Assembly: GCA_008632985.1 (NCBI GenBank)
Contig: QPGO01000232.1
Coordinates: forward strand, 1 to 64,000
Length of the DNA: 64,000 nt
Reading direction: 5' to 3'
Source: Psammoneis japonica
Taxonomy: Eukaryota
Position numbers and translations under genes: made by a program. A model generated the notes under the pieces. The model had not been told where the DNA came from, ran no database searches, and saw nothing but the letters and a program-made list of their open reading frames with translations. This document shows, one piece after another, positions 52,646 to 64,000 of the stretch. The number at the start of each line of letters is the position of its first letter. Positions within the stretch are counted from its first letter, which is position 1.

Positions 52646-54650
52646 ATGACACAAGTCATTGTCCCTTTCTTGTCGTTTCAGATGAAGAAAATTGTGGCGC
52701 GTGAAATCCTCTCCCGATTTCCCAACTTCTCTCAACCTTTCAAGATCTGTCCGGATGCGAGTGACTGTCAACTTGGTGCAGTGATTGCTCAAGATTTTGA
52801 TGATGGCGGATGGCCAATTGCACCCTGCAGTCGAAAATTGTCCCTGGCGCAACAAAACTGCATGACAATGGAAAAAGAGCTGCTGTCGCTTGTCGAAACG
52901 ACCAAAAATTTCAAAAGCATCCTTTTTGGCCATCGATGCTGCCTTTTTGCCGATCACAAGAACCTCACATTTGACAGATTCAAGTCAGAGCGCGTCAAAC
53001 GCTGGCGTTTGCTTCTCGAGGAATGCGATTGCTCTTTCGAGTGTTTGCCAGGCCATGAGAATGTTGTGGCTGATTTTTTGAGTTGCCATCCCATCGTCCA
53101 AGTTGACACGGGTTCCAGTCCCAGGCGGGACTTTTTGTGACATTTGGCCCGTAGAATTTTACGTGCGAGCTCGGCATTGCGAGAATTTAATTGGTGGATG
53201 TTTTCATCTTCAACATCAAATGAACGACCAAGTTTGTGGCACAATTGTGACCATTGCCGCTTGACGTTTTCGGCAATCCGCCTGCCCTGCGCCATTCTTA
53301 AGACATTTGCAAATGGCGCAGAAGAAAAAATGTCAAAACTTGTTGGACGGATCGCTCAATGAGTGCACCACAAAATGACACAAAAATTTCAGAAAAGTCA
53401 CGTACCTTTCTACATGCGCGACACACGGTGCGATCCAAAAAACTGTCGATGTCACAGTTCAGCAGCACGAGGTCCCACCTGGAGCTGGAGCGCGTCTTGA
53501 TCAAAGCAACTGCGAGGAAATGACTTCATTGGAAATTGATCCTTCGACATTCCCCGTCACTTTCGACATTGTCGCCAACCATCAGAAAAAAGATTCTGCT
53601 CTCCAGCAGTGACTCGACAAGTCCGAATCCTGCTCGGCCAAATCATTCAACAAAAAACAGATGATCCTTTGCAAGGACAAGATCGTCCTTCCTCCAACAC
53701 TTTTTCCTGCAGTCCTGCATTGGTGTCATGAAACTCTCTGCCATCCTGGTGCCAACCGCACCTGTCAAACCTTGGCTTCACATTTTTACATCTGCGACAT
53801 GCAGACGAAAGTCCGCACTTTTGTCCGTCAGTGCCGTGTGTGTTCCAAATCCAAGCACACTGCAGCAAACTGCGGTGAATTGCCTCTCCCGGATGCTGTC
53901 TACAAGCCTTGGCAAGCAACTCAAGTCAATCTTTTTGGTCCCTGGACATGCACCGACAAGAATGGCATCAATCGCAAAATCAGAGCCGTTTTGATTGTTG
54001 ACATTGCAACCCGTTGGATTGAACTCGCGAGCTGCAAGTCCAAAACGTCTGAAGACATTTCACTTGTCGTTGATCGCAAGTGGTTTTGTCGCAATGGCTC
54101 CGAACTCACTTCCAAGTTTGCAGACCTTCTCTGCAGTTGTGGCGTTAAACCAAAGCCTGCAACGATCAAGAATCCTCAAGCCAATGCGTTCGTTGAACGC
54201 ACTCATCAAGTTGTCGCCGATTCTCTCCGTGCGATGGATCTCCCTTCTCGCGATTGTGATGAAGACACGATTCATGGAATTTTGCAATCCATTGCATGGG
54301 CCTTGCGCAGTGCCTGCCATGCTGCCCTCATGTCGTCTCCCGGACAAATTGTCTTCGGTTGAGACATGGTCATTTCTGCTGCTCATCTTGCGAACTGGAA
54401 AATGATCAATGCCCGTCGCAAGCGCGATGTCCTGCGCAACAATCTCCGCAAAAAAGCAAAACGTCTTGCCTGCAACTACAACATCGGTGATCAAGTCTTT
54501 GTCATGACCAAAGACATCCAACGCAAACTCAACACCAAAGATGGTCCCTTCCGCATCGCACGTGTCCACACCAATGGAACCGTCACCATCCCGCGCTCGC
54601 CTCGCATCACCGAATGCATCAACATCTGCCGTCTTCACCCTGTCTTCTAA
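52646..54650 (+). mobile_element. Ty3/Gypsy pol relic (RNase H, integrase)
   Basis: DASDCQLGAVI, SRKL..AQQNC..MEKELL, DHKNL; HHCC finger; NPQANAFVER; GPF module; RNase H precedes integrase; PPT GGGGAAGCAAG at 54661-54671. Confidence 0.92.
53107..53496. mobile_element. Family A MITE nested in the Gypsy pol
   Basis: TIRs; TSD TTGA; same subfamily as 343-732. Confidence 0.9.
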
Positions 54651-54671
54651 TGTCTCAATTGGGGAAGCAAG

Positions 54672-55377
54672 TGCCAAGTGTCACGGTCATCTACATTCAT
54701 TCGTGTGTTCATTCGTGGATGTCAGCCTGATGCCAAAAGTGTCAAAAGGATGTCAACGATGACACTTTCTAGAAACCTCTTCTCTTTTCTCGACACATCT
54801 CGATGCCTCTCGAAAGATTGTTTCTTTGCATTTCTGCATGGTTTCTCAGCATTAATTCTGTGAGATTTTGGAGCAGCCAAATCTCTTTCATTTCTTTTCA
54901 CAATGTTGGCAACAGTCAACATTGCAACGCTGTTTTACACTGTTGCTTGGCACCACTTGGCATGCCGACGTTGGGCTGCACACACTGTGCCACACACAAG
55001 TCATGTCCAGAGACGTCGTTTTTGCATGGCACTCTCTCTCTCTTGACGACACACGGTCGAATCAGTGAGCATGTGGCCAAGACCAACAAAAAAAACGTTC
55101 CATCATTCACACCGCTGCGGTCTGACGACTCTCCCACTTGCTCTACACACAGAGACTCCAAACCACAAATCCCCTCTAGAATTGCACTCTCCACTTGACC
55201 AACATTCGTTTGTCGTTTCCACCCAAAATCATCATTCGAATTTGCTCCAACGCCAACATAGACCGGTTCCCTGCCCTCTTTGTGTAAGTAAACGCAAATG
55301 CCAACACATCAATCTCCACTCAATGTGCATCTTCACCAATCAGAGACACTCTGTTTGAGCGACAGTTGGTTCCAACA
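54672..55377 (+). repeat. Probable 3' LTR of the Gypsy element
   Basis: Starts TG immediately after the PPT; right end (..CCAACA) inferred from where TA content recovers. Confidence 0.5.
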
Positions 55378-56478
55378 TGTTGTTATGAGGAGCCACAATA
55401 GTCGAATGGAAACTTTTTTTTAAGAAGTCTTCTCCTCGAACAAGACAATCAAAGGCTATGCCTGCTAGTGTCGTTTTCCAATACACTCGCTCGCTCCACT
55501 GTGAGTCCACAGAGTGATGAGACACTCCAACAATTGCATTCTCTCTGTGTGCATGTTGTTGTTGTTTATTTGCATCCATAGCAAATCTCGTGCATTGACA
55601 ATTTGGTTGCGTCAATGTTTATTCTGCACTCCAATTTGGTCGGGTTGTCATTGTGTTGTTCTAGTCATTGAACACCGTCGTCATGGTGAACGGCGGCTCG
55701 CTCTACTCTGATGTCTGATGATTTGTGCGATCCAGATCACATGATATTTTATTTCAATTTCTGAATAAAAACAATACGATTCATTCTGACTGCGCACTGT
55801 CCGTCGCTCGTCACTCGATAGCGATCGTCTGTTACTGCTAGTTTTGCGTCGCTCGTCGTGCCTAGCACTTTATTTGTACTTGTACTCTAGCTAGAGTAGC
55901 TACTAGCTAGTAGAGGGAGCCTCTAAGCAAGAGGGCACATTAATGCAAATGCTTCTAGCTAGGCCGCCATGTCGACTAAAAGAAGATGCATTTGGGGTTG
56001 ACCAGGGCAGAAGGATATCTCATTGCCACAGAGTACGTGTTTGGTGGGTAATACTCTCTCTAGAAGTAGAGAGAATCAGAATGTAGCCTGTTTCTTAATG
56101 AAAAAGTTGAATCTGCAAAATGCTGGCTCGCTCCACTCTAGAGTTAGATTGTGTTGGACGTATTTGTACTACAGGACAACACCACTGTTTTGTTTCGTTT
56201 GAAAAACCAAAACGAGAGAAAAACCAGAAGAGTTGACGAGGAGTCTTGCAAGCGCATTCGTAAGCGTAGTGTTTCGATTTTTGTCAAACGCGGCAATGAA
56301 ACTTCAACAAGAAAGCATTTCCAAAAGGTTCATAATACCATGGGAACTACAATACTGACTTTTTTTTAACCTGTTTCACGCCGTTCCTTTTCGATTCTTC
56401 ACACCACCACAACAAACAACTACTACTAAAATACCACAATCGTCTCGAAACTCATACCAACTCGTTCGCACCTTTTTT

Positions 56479-57687
56479 CTACTTTTTCATTGGCTTTTGA
56501 CAAACAATCTGATAACTCGTCGTGGCGATACGCAACTCATCGGCCGAACAAAAGGCATCGGCATCCTCCTTGAGACGCAACAACATGCGTTTGAAACGTT
56601 GCGGTAAAAAGTACTTGGCAAAGGTACGAATCCAAGCGTACGTGTTGCGTTCGGAATTAATGAGATTCAACTGATGGCCATTGATGCTGGCGTCGTCACT
56701 GAGCAAAACCTTGAAACCGGCCTTTTTCATGGCGTTTTCAAATTCGGAATAATGAACCGTGTCGACGGCTCCAATAAAGGGCTGTGTTTTAATAACGTGG
56801 TATGAATGTGTGAGTTACAGAATTGATTTTAGACAATAAAAAAATACAACTCAATTCATGCGAAACAATGCAATACACAACAAGCATTATACATACCATG
56901 GTCCGCTTGACGTAATCCACATGCTCGGAATTCTTGGGATCGTAATTATCCAAGAGCATCCAATCCAACATGGAAAACTTGGCACCCGGCTTGAGGACAC
57001 GGTAAATCTCCCGAAACAACTCCTCCTTGTCTTTGGAATAGGTAAAGGCTTGGATTTCATAGGCGGCATCCATGGACTCATCGTCAAAGGGAAGTGGTTC
57101 GTTGAGACTGCGAACTTGAAAATCCGTTTGATTCGCAAGACGGATGCGTTTGCTGTAACGCTTGGCATTGGCCACTTGAGAGGGATCAATGTTGATACCC
57201 GACACGTGCGTACCGGTCGCCTTGGCCACGTGCATGGCAACACGGCCACGGCCACAACCAATATCCATAACCTTCTTTTCGGTAGTTCATGCTTGGATCC
57301 GTCCGTGCGAGCGTCGAGACCAATGTCTTGCATCATTTTGAGTTCGTACAACTCTTGATTACGAAGAATCCCCTCCTTTTCATCACGCAACGGAGGAATG
57401 TACATTTTCTCCACATTGCCCAAGGCGCACAAGTGATTAATCACGTGGTAGTAATCGACGATGTGGTCTTCGGATTTGCCATTCTTGTTGGACCAATCGC
57501 CATCAAAGAGAATGTACGACCCCATGTAGGCGTCAATATCCTTTTCACTCAGCGTGGCGAGCGAATAGAGAGCGTGGACCTTGGTACCAATGCGGTAAAA
57601 GTCAATCGGAAGCACCGCCGTGACTGTGTCAAAGGTCGTCACCAAGACATCGACAAGGCCGCCGTAGGTCTTCTTGACGAGGCTCAT
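56479..57687 (-). CDS. SAM-dependent methyltransferase, sterol C24-methyltransferase-like
   Basis: MDIGCGRGRVA, GINID, LPFDDESMDAAY, EIYRVLKPG; intron 56782-56896; one A missing near 57278. Confidence 0.8.
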
Positions 57688-59517
57688 TGCGGTTTATGGC
57701 GTGGTTGCTTTGCTGTATTGTTGGAGCTCTTTTGTAAAGCACTGCTGCAGTAACCTTTGGGCGATTAACTCTTTGGAGTTAATTGAAGGTTGCTCTTGGA
57801 GCGAGAAGAACGTGAAAAGTGTTGCGTGAACGTGAAAAGTGTTGCGTGGCTTTTCGAGTGGTCCAAAAAATGAGGAGACGAATGCACACGTATCTTTCTA
57901 CGTAGAATTCTACAGAACGTGGCGGGAAAGGATATTCCTTGAATAATAATATATAAGAATACGAATGTTCTATAGAACGCAAAATTTTCGAAAGATCCAA
58001 GATCCTTCGTACACAGCTGTAGAAATCTACACAGAAGATCTTTTGGCTGACTCACCGTTGAATTTTTATCCAGAGCTACAGCAATGAATGTTAAGAATGA
58101 AACACAGACAGACACAAGCGGTCAGTCGGGCACAGCAGAGCGCACACCATGATGTCACACTCTCACGCCACACAGCGAGAACGCAACCTCCAAGAGGCAG
58201 AGCAAAAATGGACTCACTTCCATTGTTCTGACATGATGTTACAAGTTTGAGTGAAATGAGGCCCATCCGAACCCTCGAGTCAGTGCTGACACGTCAACTG
58301 CGCAACAACAACGCCTTTTGCTCATCACTCACCCCCGTTTCTCGGACACAAACACACACCAGAATTGTGCACCGGCAGATTCCACCTGCGGCACAGTACG
58401 ACAGAGAAAACGAGAACCCTACTTTCCTGCCATTTTTTCTTTACGAGAACTGGTCCATGGAATCCCATTGGTCAAGTCTTGCACGGCAAAGGTGCAAGTG
58501 ATTCGTTTGGCCAAGCCGTCTCCTTGTCTCGCAGTGGCAGCGTCATGGCTGTTGGAGCGAATCAAGAATGGTCGTCTTCCAAGCTTGGCCATGTTGTTGT
58601 GCAGCAATGCAATTCAAGCACCCAACAATGGGAAAAAATTGGGCAAGAATTGATTGGACAAGCCGCCAGTGACAAATTTGGACAATCGGTTTCGTCAAAC
58701 GGCGACGGCACCATTCTACAGCTGTTGGAGCCGATGAGAATGACAGTGGAGGAATGAGTGCCGGTCACGTTAGTGTGTTTGAATGCAACTCTGTAAAGAA
58801 TTGTTGGGTTCAACTTGGCAGCGACATTCTTGGACAAGACGCTGGTGATCGATTTGGTTGTTCCGTGTCGCTCTCGGACGCGGGTGACATTCTTGCTGTG
58901 GGAGCTCATTTGGATGACACGGAAAATGGCTTGAATTCTCGATCGGTTCGGTTGCATCAATGCGACCGTGGCTCCTCATCCTGGAGTCAACTTGGACAAA
59001 CGCTCATTGGACAAGCCGTCAATGATTGTTTTGGGTTTTCCGTTTCCTTGAATGCACCGGGAACCATTGTGGGCGTTGGAGCACATTGGAATGATTTGGG
59101 TGGAAGGGATGCAGGTGAAATTTTGGTGTGTGAATGCAACACCACATCCTCAAGGTGGGATCTGTTGGGCAGTCCTGTCAATGGCCAAGTCGTTCATGGT
59201 TGGTTTGGACATTCTGTTTCTCTTGATGACAGCGGTTTGATCGTGGCCGCGGGTGCTCCTCGAGATGACGAGAGGGTTTTGGCACATTCGTGCGACCGCT
59301 CGATGTTGCAATGGAGCCAATGTGGCAAAACCTTTTTGACACAACAGCCTGGTGATGGTTTTGGTTGGTCAGTGTCGTTGAGTGGCAATGGAGACGTCTT
59401 GGCAGTCGGAAGTCGTTGGCATGACATCAGTGGGTTGGTCCATGTGGGTCAAGTTCGAATCTTTCAGCATGACCGCAATGCAGATGAATGGAAGCATGTT
59501 GGAAATCCTTTGAATGG

Positions 59518-62500
59518 TGTCAGAAATTGAAGGCAAATGGCAAGAATTCAAACAACAACTCCTTGCTGCTGTCTAAACAGCAGATGAGTCTCCGCTCAGA
59601 GACCGTTGCAGGAGCCGAAAGACGTGCAAGTCGGCACAATCGGGCCACTGTTGTCATTCTTGTGAGCCTTGTGGCTCGAAAGCAAACTACATCGCACACG
59701 AACGCGCGGAACTAAAGCACACAAAACTGTGCACAGCAAACTAAACAGCGCACGATGTTTTGCGCGCACCCAAATCCTGTTCAAATCCTGTCACTCCCCA
59801 GTTTGCTTGAGGAGTCACAGAAACAGATTCGACTTCGGATTGACCAAAGAACTTTGGAGTCAAAGCACCAAAACATGAGGAGACAAGAAAGGATCAAGAT
59901 CCAAGAGCAACGTTGCATTCTCCAAGTGGGTCATCTTGAGATGAGCTGCATCTCCCCAGTTGCAGATGCCGTTGTGCTTTTCAAAGCTCAAGGCACACTT
60001 GGGATCTTGTGGGATTCCACATCCACACTTGCAATGGAAGGAGCAAAGCTTGGTCTGGTTGACAATGTTGAACGGCAGGGCAACATTGCAGGACAATGCA
60101 AACAAGTTGACATTGCCTTCACTTCCTGAGCGAAGGTCATAAAGACTGATGTCCGTCTGTTGGTTCTTGGGACAGTTGCCACACTGGGCTGCTGCTAGAA
60201 AAACAGAGCAGTGCTCGTGCAGGGTGGCATGGCGTTTGCACGACTCGGGGAACAGAGCAAGCATGAGTTCAAAGGCACAAGCGGTGGTCTTGTGTTCCAC
60301 CAATCCGATTGCAAGCTCAGCTGCATCTCCTGAGAGACTGATCCAATTGGAGAAACGAGTCTCAAGGTGCAAGCCTTCGGGGATCGGATTGGAGCAAGAC
60401 ATCTTGTGGTGCAAGGCTGCAGATGTCTGATTGGGGCAACCAGTCCCATGCTGCAAGACTTCTGGGATCCAAAAGGACTTGCCAGTCTTGTGACACGAGT
60501 CTTCGGGGATCCAATCAGGAGGCCAAGTCTTGAGGTGCGAGACTTGGGGGATCCAATCAGGAGGCCGAGTCTCGTGGCACAAGACTTGAGGGATCCAATC
60601 CGGAGGCCGAGTCTTGAGGTGTGAGATGTGGAGGATCCAATTGGGAGGCCCGGTCTTGAGGCACGAGACGTGGAGAGTCCAGTTGGGAGGCCTGGTCTCA
60701 AGGCACGAGACTTGGGGCATCCGATCAGGAGGCCCAGTCTCGATGTACGACACTTGGGGCATCCAATCAGGAGGCCCAGTCTCAAGGCACGAGACTTGAG
60801 GCATCCAATCAGGAGGCCCAGTCTCGAGGTGCGAGACTTGGGACATCCAATCAGGAGACCTGGTCTCGAGGTACGAGACTTGGGGCATCCAATCAGGAGG
60901 CCCAGTCTCGAGGTACGAGACTTGGGGGATCCAACCAGGAGGCCCAGTCTCAAGGCACGAGACTTGAGGCATCCAATCAGGAGGCCTGGTCTCGAGGTAC
61001 GAGACTTGAGGCATCCAATCAGGAGGCCTGGTCTCGAGGTGCGAGACTTGGAGCATCCAGTCAGGAGGCCTGGTCTCAAGGCACGAGACTTGAGGCATCC
61101 AATCAGGAGGCCCAGTCTCGAGGTACGAGACTTGAGGCATCCAATCAGGAGGCCTGGTCTCAAGGTACGAGACTTGGAGCATCCGGTCAGGAGGCCTGGT
61201 CTCAAGGCACGAGACTTGAGGCATCCAATCAGGAGGCCCAGTCTCGAGGCACGAGACTTGAGGCATCCAATCAGGAGGCCTGGTCTCGAGGTACGAGACT
61301 TGGAGCATCCGGTCAGGAGGCCTGGTCTCATGGTGCAATGCTTGGAGGATCCGAAGACAACAAAGCTGCTTGGATGTCCTGAACTCCCCATCTGATGAAC
61401 CGGTTGAACTGTTGTGAACAGATTCAATGACGGGAAAAGGAGGCTCCCCATCAGGAGATGCAAGAAGCAAGTTGTCATCTCCATCACTTCCCAAACGAAG
61501 ACTGTGAAGGGTGACAGCGGTTGACACGTGGAGGTTGGCAGCAAGTGGTTTGCGGGGTGCAAAGGCTGTAGCTTTGGAAGCCATGGGTGGAGTGTCCCAA
61601 CTGGTCTCGAAGTGCGGGTCTGTGCAAGGGCTGCAATCCTGCACTGGGCCGAGGTTGCTTGCAGGCGGGTTGGTCAAGACATGCGGGGCGCAACTGACAC
61701 CACTTCTAGGGGACACCTGAGTGGTGGCACAGTGCAAGGCTGGCGTCAAAATGGCACTGGGTTCACCTGGTTTGGATGGCAAGGGACTCGGCACAGGTGC
61801 GGAGGGTGCTGCGCCAGTGGCTAGAGAGGTCAAGCAGTCCGGACCAAGGCGGCAGTTGCGAAATTCCTTGGGTGTGAGCAACTGGGGTTCATTGGTCACA
61901 TCATCACCATTGCAAACTTTGACAAAGTAGAAGCTGATCAAAGCTGCTAGGAGGTTTCTGTGGGTCCATGGCAAAGGCACTACATTGGCGCCGTCTCTGC
62001 AAGTGAGGGCGTCAATTTGGGTGGGTGAGAACGTGAACAATTCCTCGCATGATTCAATCCCGTTGATGGACAGGGCAGAACGAAGAGGGCTGTCATTGTC
62101 TTGATTGAGCACAGTGCCTAGAATGCATTTGAAGCTTTCGGTTTGTTGCTGTCGCGTGAGAACCATGACGGAGGACGGTGCAGCAGAAACAAAAGACAAG
62201 ATCCAATCTAGAGCGCGATCTTGACTCGGAGTTTTGACTTGGAACTTGGCTTGAAAAAGACTTGACTTGAGCTAGACTTGACTTGAAATCTTGGACTGTC
62301 TTAAAATCAGAAGTTGCCGGGTTGTGCCATCCCGTTCGTTGTCAAGTGCCAAACTTCCTGTCCGGTCCGTAGAGTTGTGCCGGCACGTCCGAACCCGTGC
62401 AGCTGGTGGCGCTTTGGGTTGCTTACGAGCGGAGCAGCGGGTTGTAAACCCCTGCAGGTGAGCTGACCAGAGGTGGACAAGACCCCCGAACCGTTCTTAT

Positions 62501-63398
62501 TTTATGTCGGTTGGATTTCCCGATCAGGCTGGCCAGTTGACGCAGGCGTCAGGCACTGTGGACGAACGAACAAACGCGGGAAAAACACCCTCGCCCCAAC
62601 GCAGGCTGCAATCACGGCTGCTTGCTCTCACAGTCGTCCTCGTGGACCTGGTGGAACTGCAGAGCACCAGTGGTCCGGGGTGGATCAGGTGCAATGGACT
62701 CGGTGTGCTTGTAGAGTGGTGGCAAAACCGCAATCCGAAGAGTGGGTGCAAGTTCTTGGCCGTGAAGACATGCACACATGCATGTCTTCAGCGACGAAGG
62801 TCCTTGAACATGTGGGGCTCTTGACTGTTAACCGATGAATGGGCACATCAAGGGATGAGGATCAAGGGTGGACTTGGACATGACCGTTGAATGTGTGTCT
62901 TCAGCGATCAAAGGCAGTGTGATCAATCCAGATGTCCAGCGACAAGGAGACTTGACGGTGACGTTAAATTCCTGCCGATGCCTGGTGTTGAACGCGCGTA
63001 GACTTGCCGATGCATGTAGAACACACACGGAGGTCCACGCAGAATTGAGGTGGCGTCGTCGGTAAATCAACGACAACGATGGCGGTTGCTCAATGGGTTG
63101 ACAATGAGCAAGACTGTCAATCTGTCAGAAATTGAAGGCAAATGGCAAGAATTCAAACAATGACTCCTTGCTGCTGTCTAAATGGCAGATGAGTCTCCGC
63201 TCAGAGACCGTTGCAGGAGCCGAAAGACGTGTGAGTCGGCATGATCGGGCTGCTGTTGTTGTTCTTGTGAGCCTTGTGGCTCGAAAGCAAACTGCATCGC
63301 GCGCGAACGTGCGGAACTAAAGCACACAAAACTGTGCGCGGCAAACTGGACAGTGCGCGATGTTTCGCGCGCACCTGAATCCTGTTCAAATCCTGTCA
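59518..63398 (-). mobile_element. Non-autonomous LTR retrotransposon with Copia (diatom CoDi-like) gag N-terminus
   Basis: 276-bp TG..CA LTRs (59518-59793, 63123-63398); 5-bp TSD AATGG; minus-strand PPT at 59794; ORF MVLTRQ..ILGTVL.Q..DSPLR.AL..; no RT or integrase. Confidence 0.88.
60490..61329 (-). repeat. 42-bp in-frame tandem repeat, ~20 units (ETRPPDWMPQVSYL)
   Basis: Unit CTCGAGGTACGAGACTTGAGGCATCCAATCAGGAGGCCTGGT; degenerate units continue to ~60360. Confidence 0.95.
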
Positions 63399-64000
63399 AA
63401 TGGCGAGAGGCTGAAGACAATGGTTTTGGATGTTCTGTGTCCTTGTCGTCCGATGGAAGCATCGTTGGAGTTGGTGCACGGGGGGCTGACGTCAATGGCG
63501 ACAAGTCTGGATCCGTGCATGCATTCACGGCAAACAACAACCAGAGGTGCATTTTGCATTTCATCCATTTGCATTGCTTGCGTCATTGCAATGTTGCATT
63601 TCAAACGACTGATGGTGTCGCAAGTGCTGCAGCAACAAAATGAAACCGTTGATTTGCAATGAGCAGGTCAGTCAGCTCTCCAGTCCTTTTGGTGGCATGC
63701 TGCAAGACATTTGCTGCATCAGTCCATCACATGAGGAGAGACGCAGCTCGGTGTCTAGAGTTGCATTGGCACCTGCCGCTGGCTAGAAATGCTGCTTGCA
63801 GCTGACAAGATTCCTGAGCTTTTGGCATTGCAGGTCGAAGTGACAATTTGTTTGTAGACGTGGCATTCGTTCTAAGAAAACCAATGCTTTTGTCCAAACT
63901 GTTGTCTTGCAGATGCTTTTCAGCCTTGTTCATTTCTGTCTTGGCATGAAACAACCTGCTCAATCAAAAATCCGCGCCCATCCACCCCAACAAAATGGCA

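Larger units (their letters stand above)
58448..63545 (+). pseudogene. Hypermutated FG-GAP propeller copy split by an LTR element
   Basis: 58448-59517 and 63399-63545 are colinear with the propeller of 7174-9731; each aligned Tyr I checked is Cys or His apart from one Phe and one Trp; stop TAG changed to CAG. Confidence 0.9.

Noticed and set aside
60490..61329. CRISPR-like array
   Set aside because: Head-to-tail 42-bp units with no unique spacers, inside an LTR element, and no cas genes
1..64000. Classical RIP, plain 5mC decay or an alternative genetic code as the explanation
   Set aside because: RIP raises TpA; CpG decay cannot change TAY to TGY/CAY; neighbouring genes use Tyr and TAA/TAG normally

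Overview
Eukaryotic nuclear DNA, most likely from a pennate diatom (plastid NTT, bestrophin, bipartite 'AF' targeting peptides, diatom-type Copia gag). The window is a mosaic of two sequence types. Gene islands with normal TpA content (~4.4-11.3, 31.7-39.1, 45.5-47.45 and 55.4-58.1 kb) carry an NTT nucleotide transporter, an FG-GAP beta-propeller membrane protein, a beta-helix protein, a bestrophin, RsmH, a selenocysteine type II peroxiredoxin with two SECIS-like hairpins, a P4H-like oxygenase and a sterol methyltransferase. The rest is repeat-rich (MITEs, Ty3/Gypsy, Copia LTR, Harbinger-, Zisupton-, Plavaka- and tyrosine-recombinase-like relics, duplicated genes) and has lost almost every TpA. 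Paralog, LTR-pair and tandem-array comparisons show TpA->TpG/CpA, i.e. A->G on either strand, with preference for 5'-TAY. The change is strand-polarised in the LTR pair and separable from CpG decay. This is the mirror image of fungal RIP and is the main candidate for an undescribed genome-defence system. Single-base homopolymer deletions in otherwise intact genes suggest an unpolished long-read assembly, so the signal needs checking against raw reads. All family calls rest on motif recognition by eye; no searches were run.
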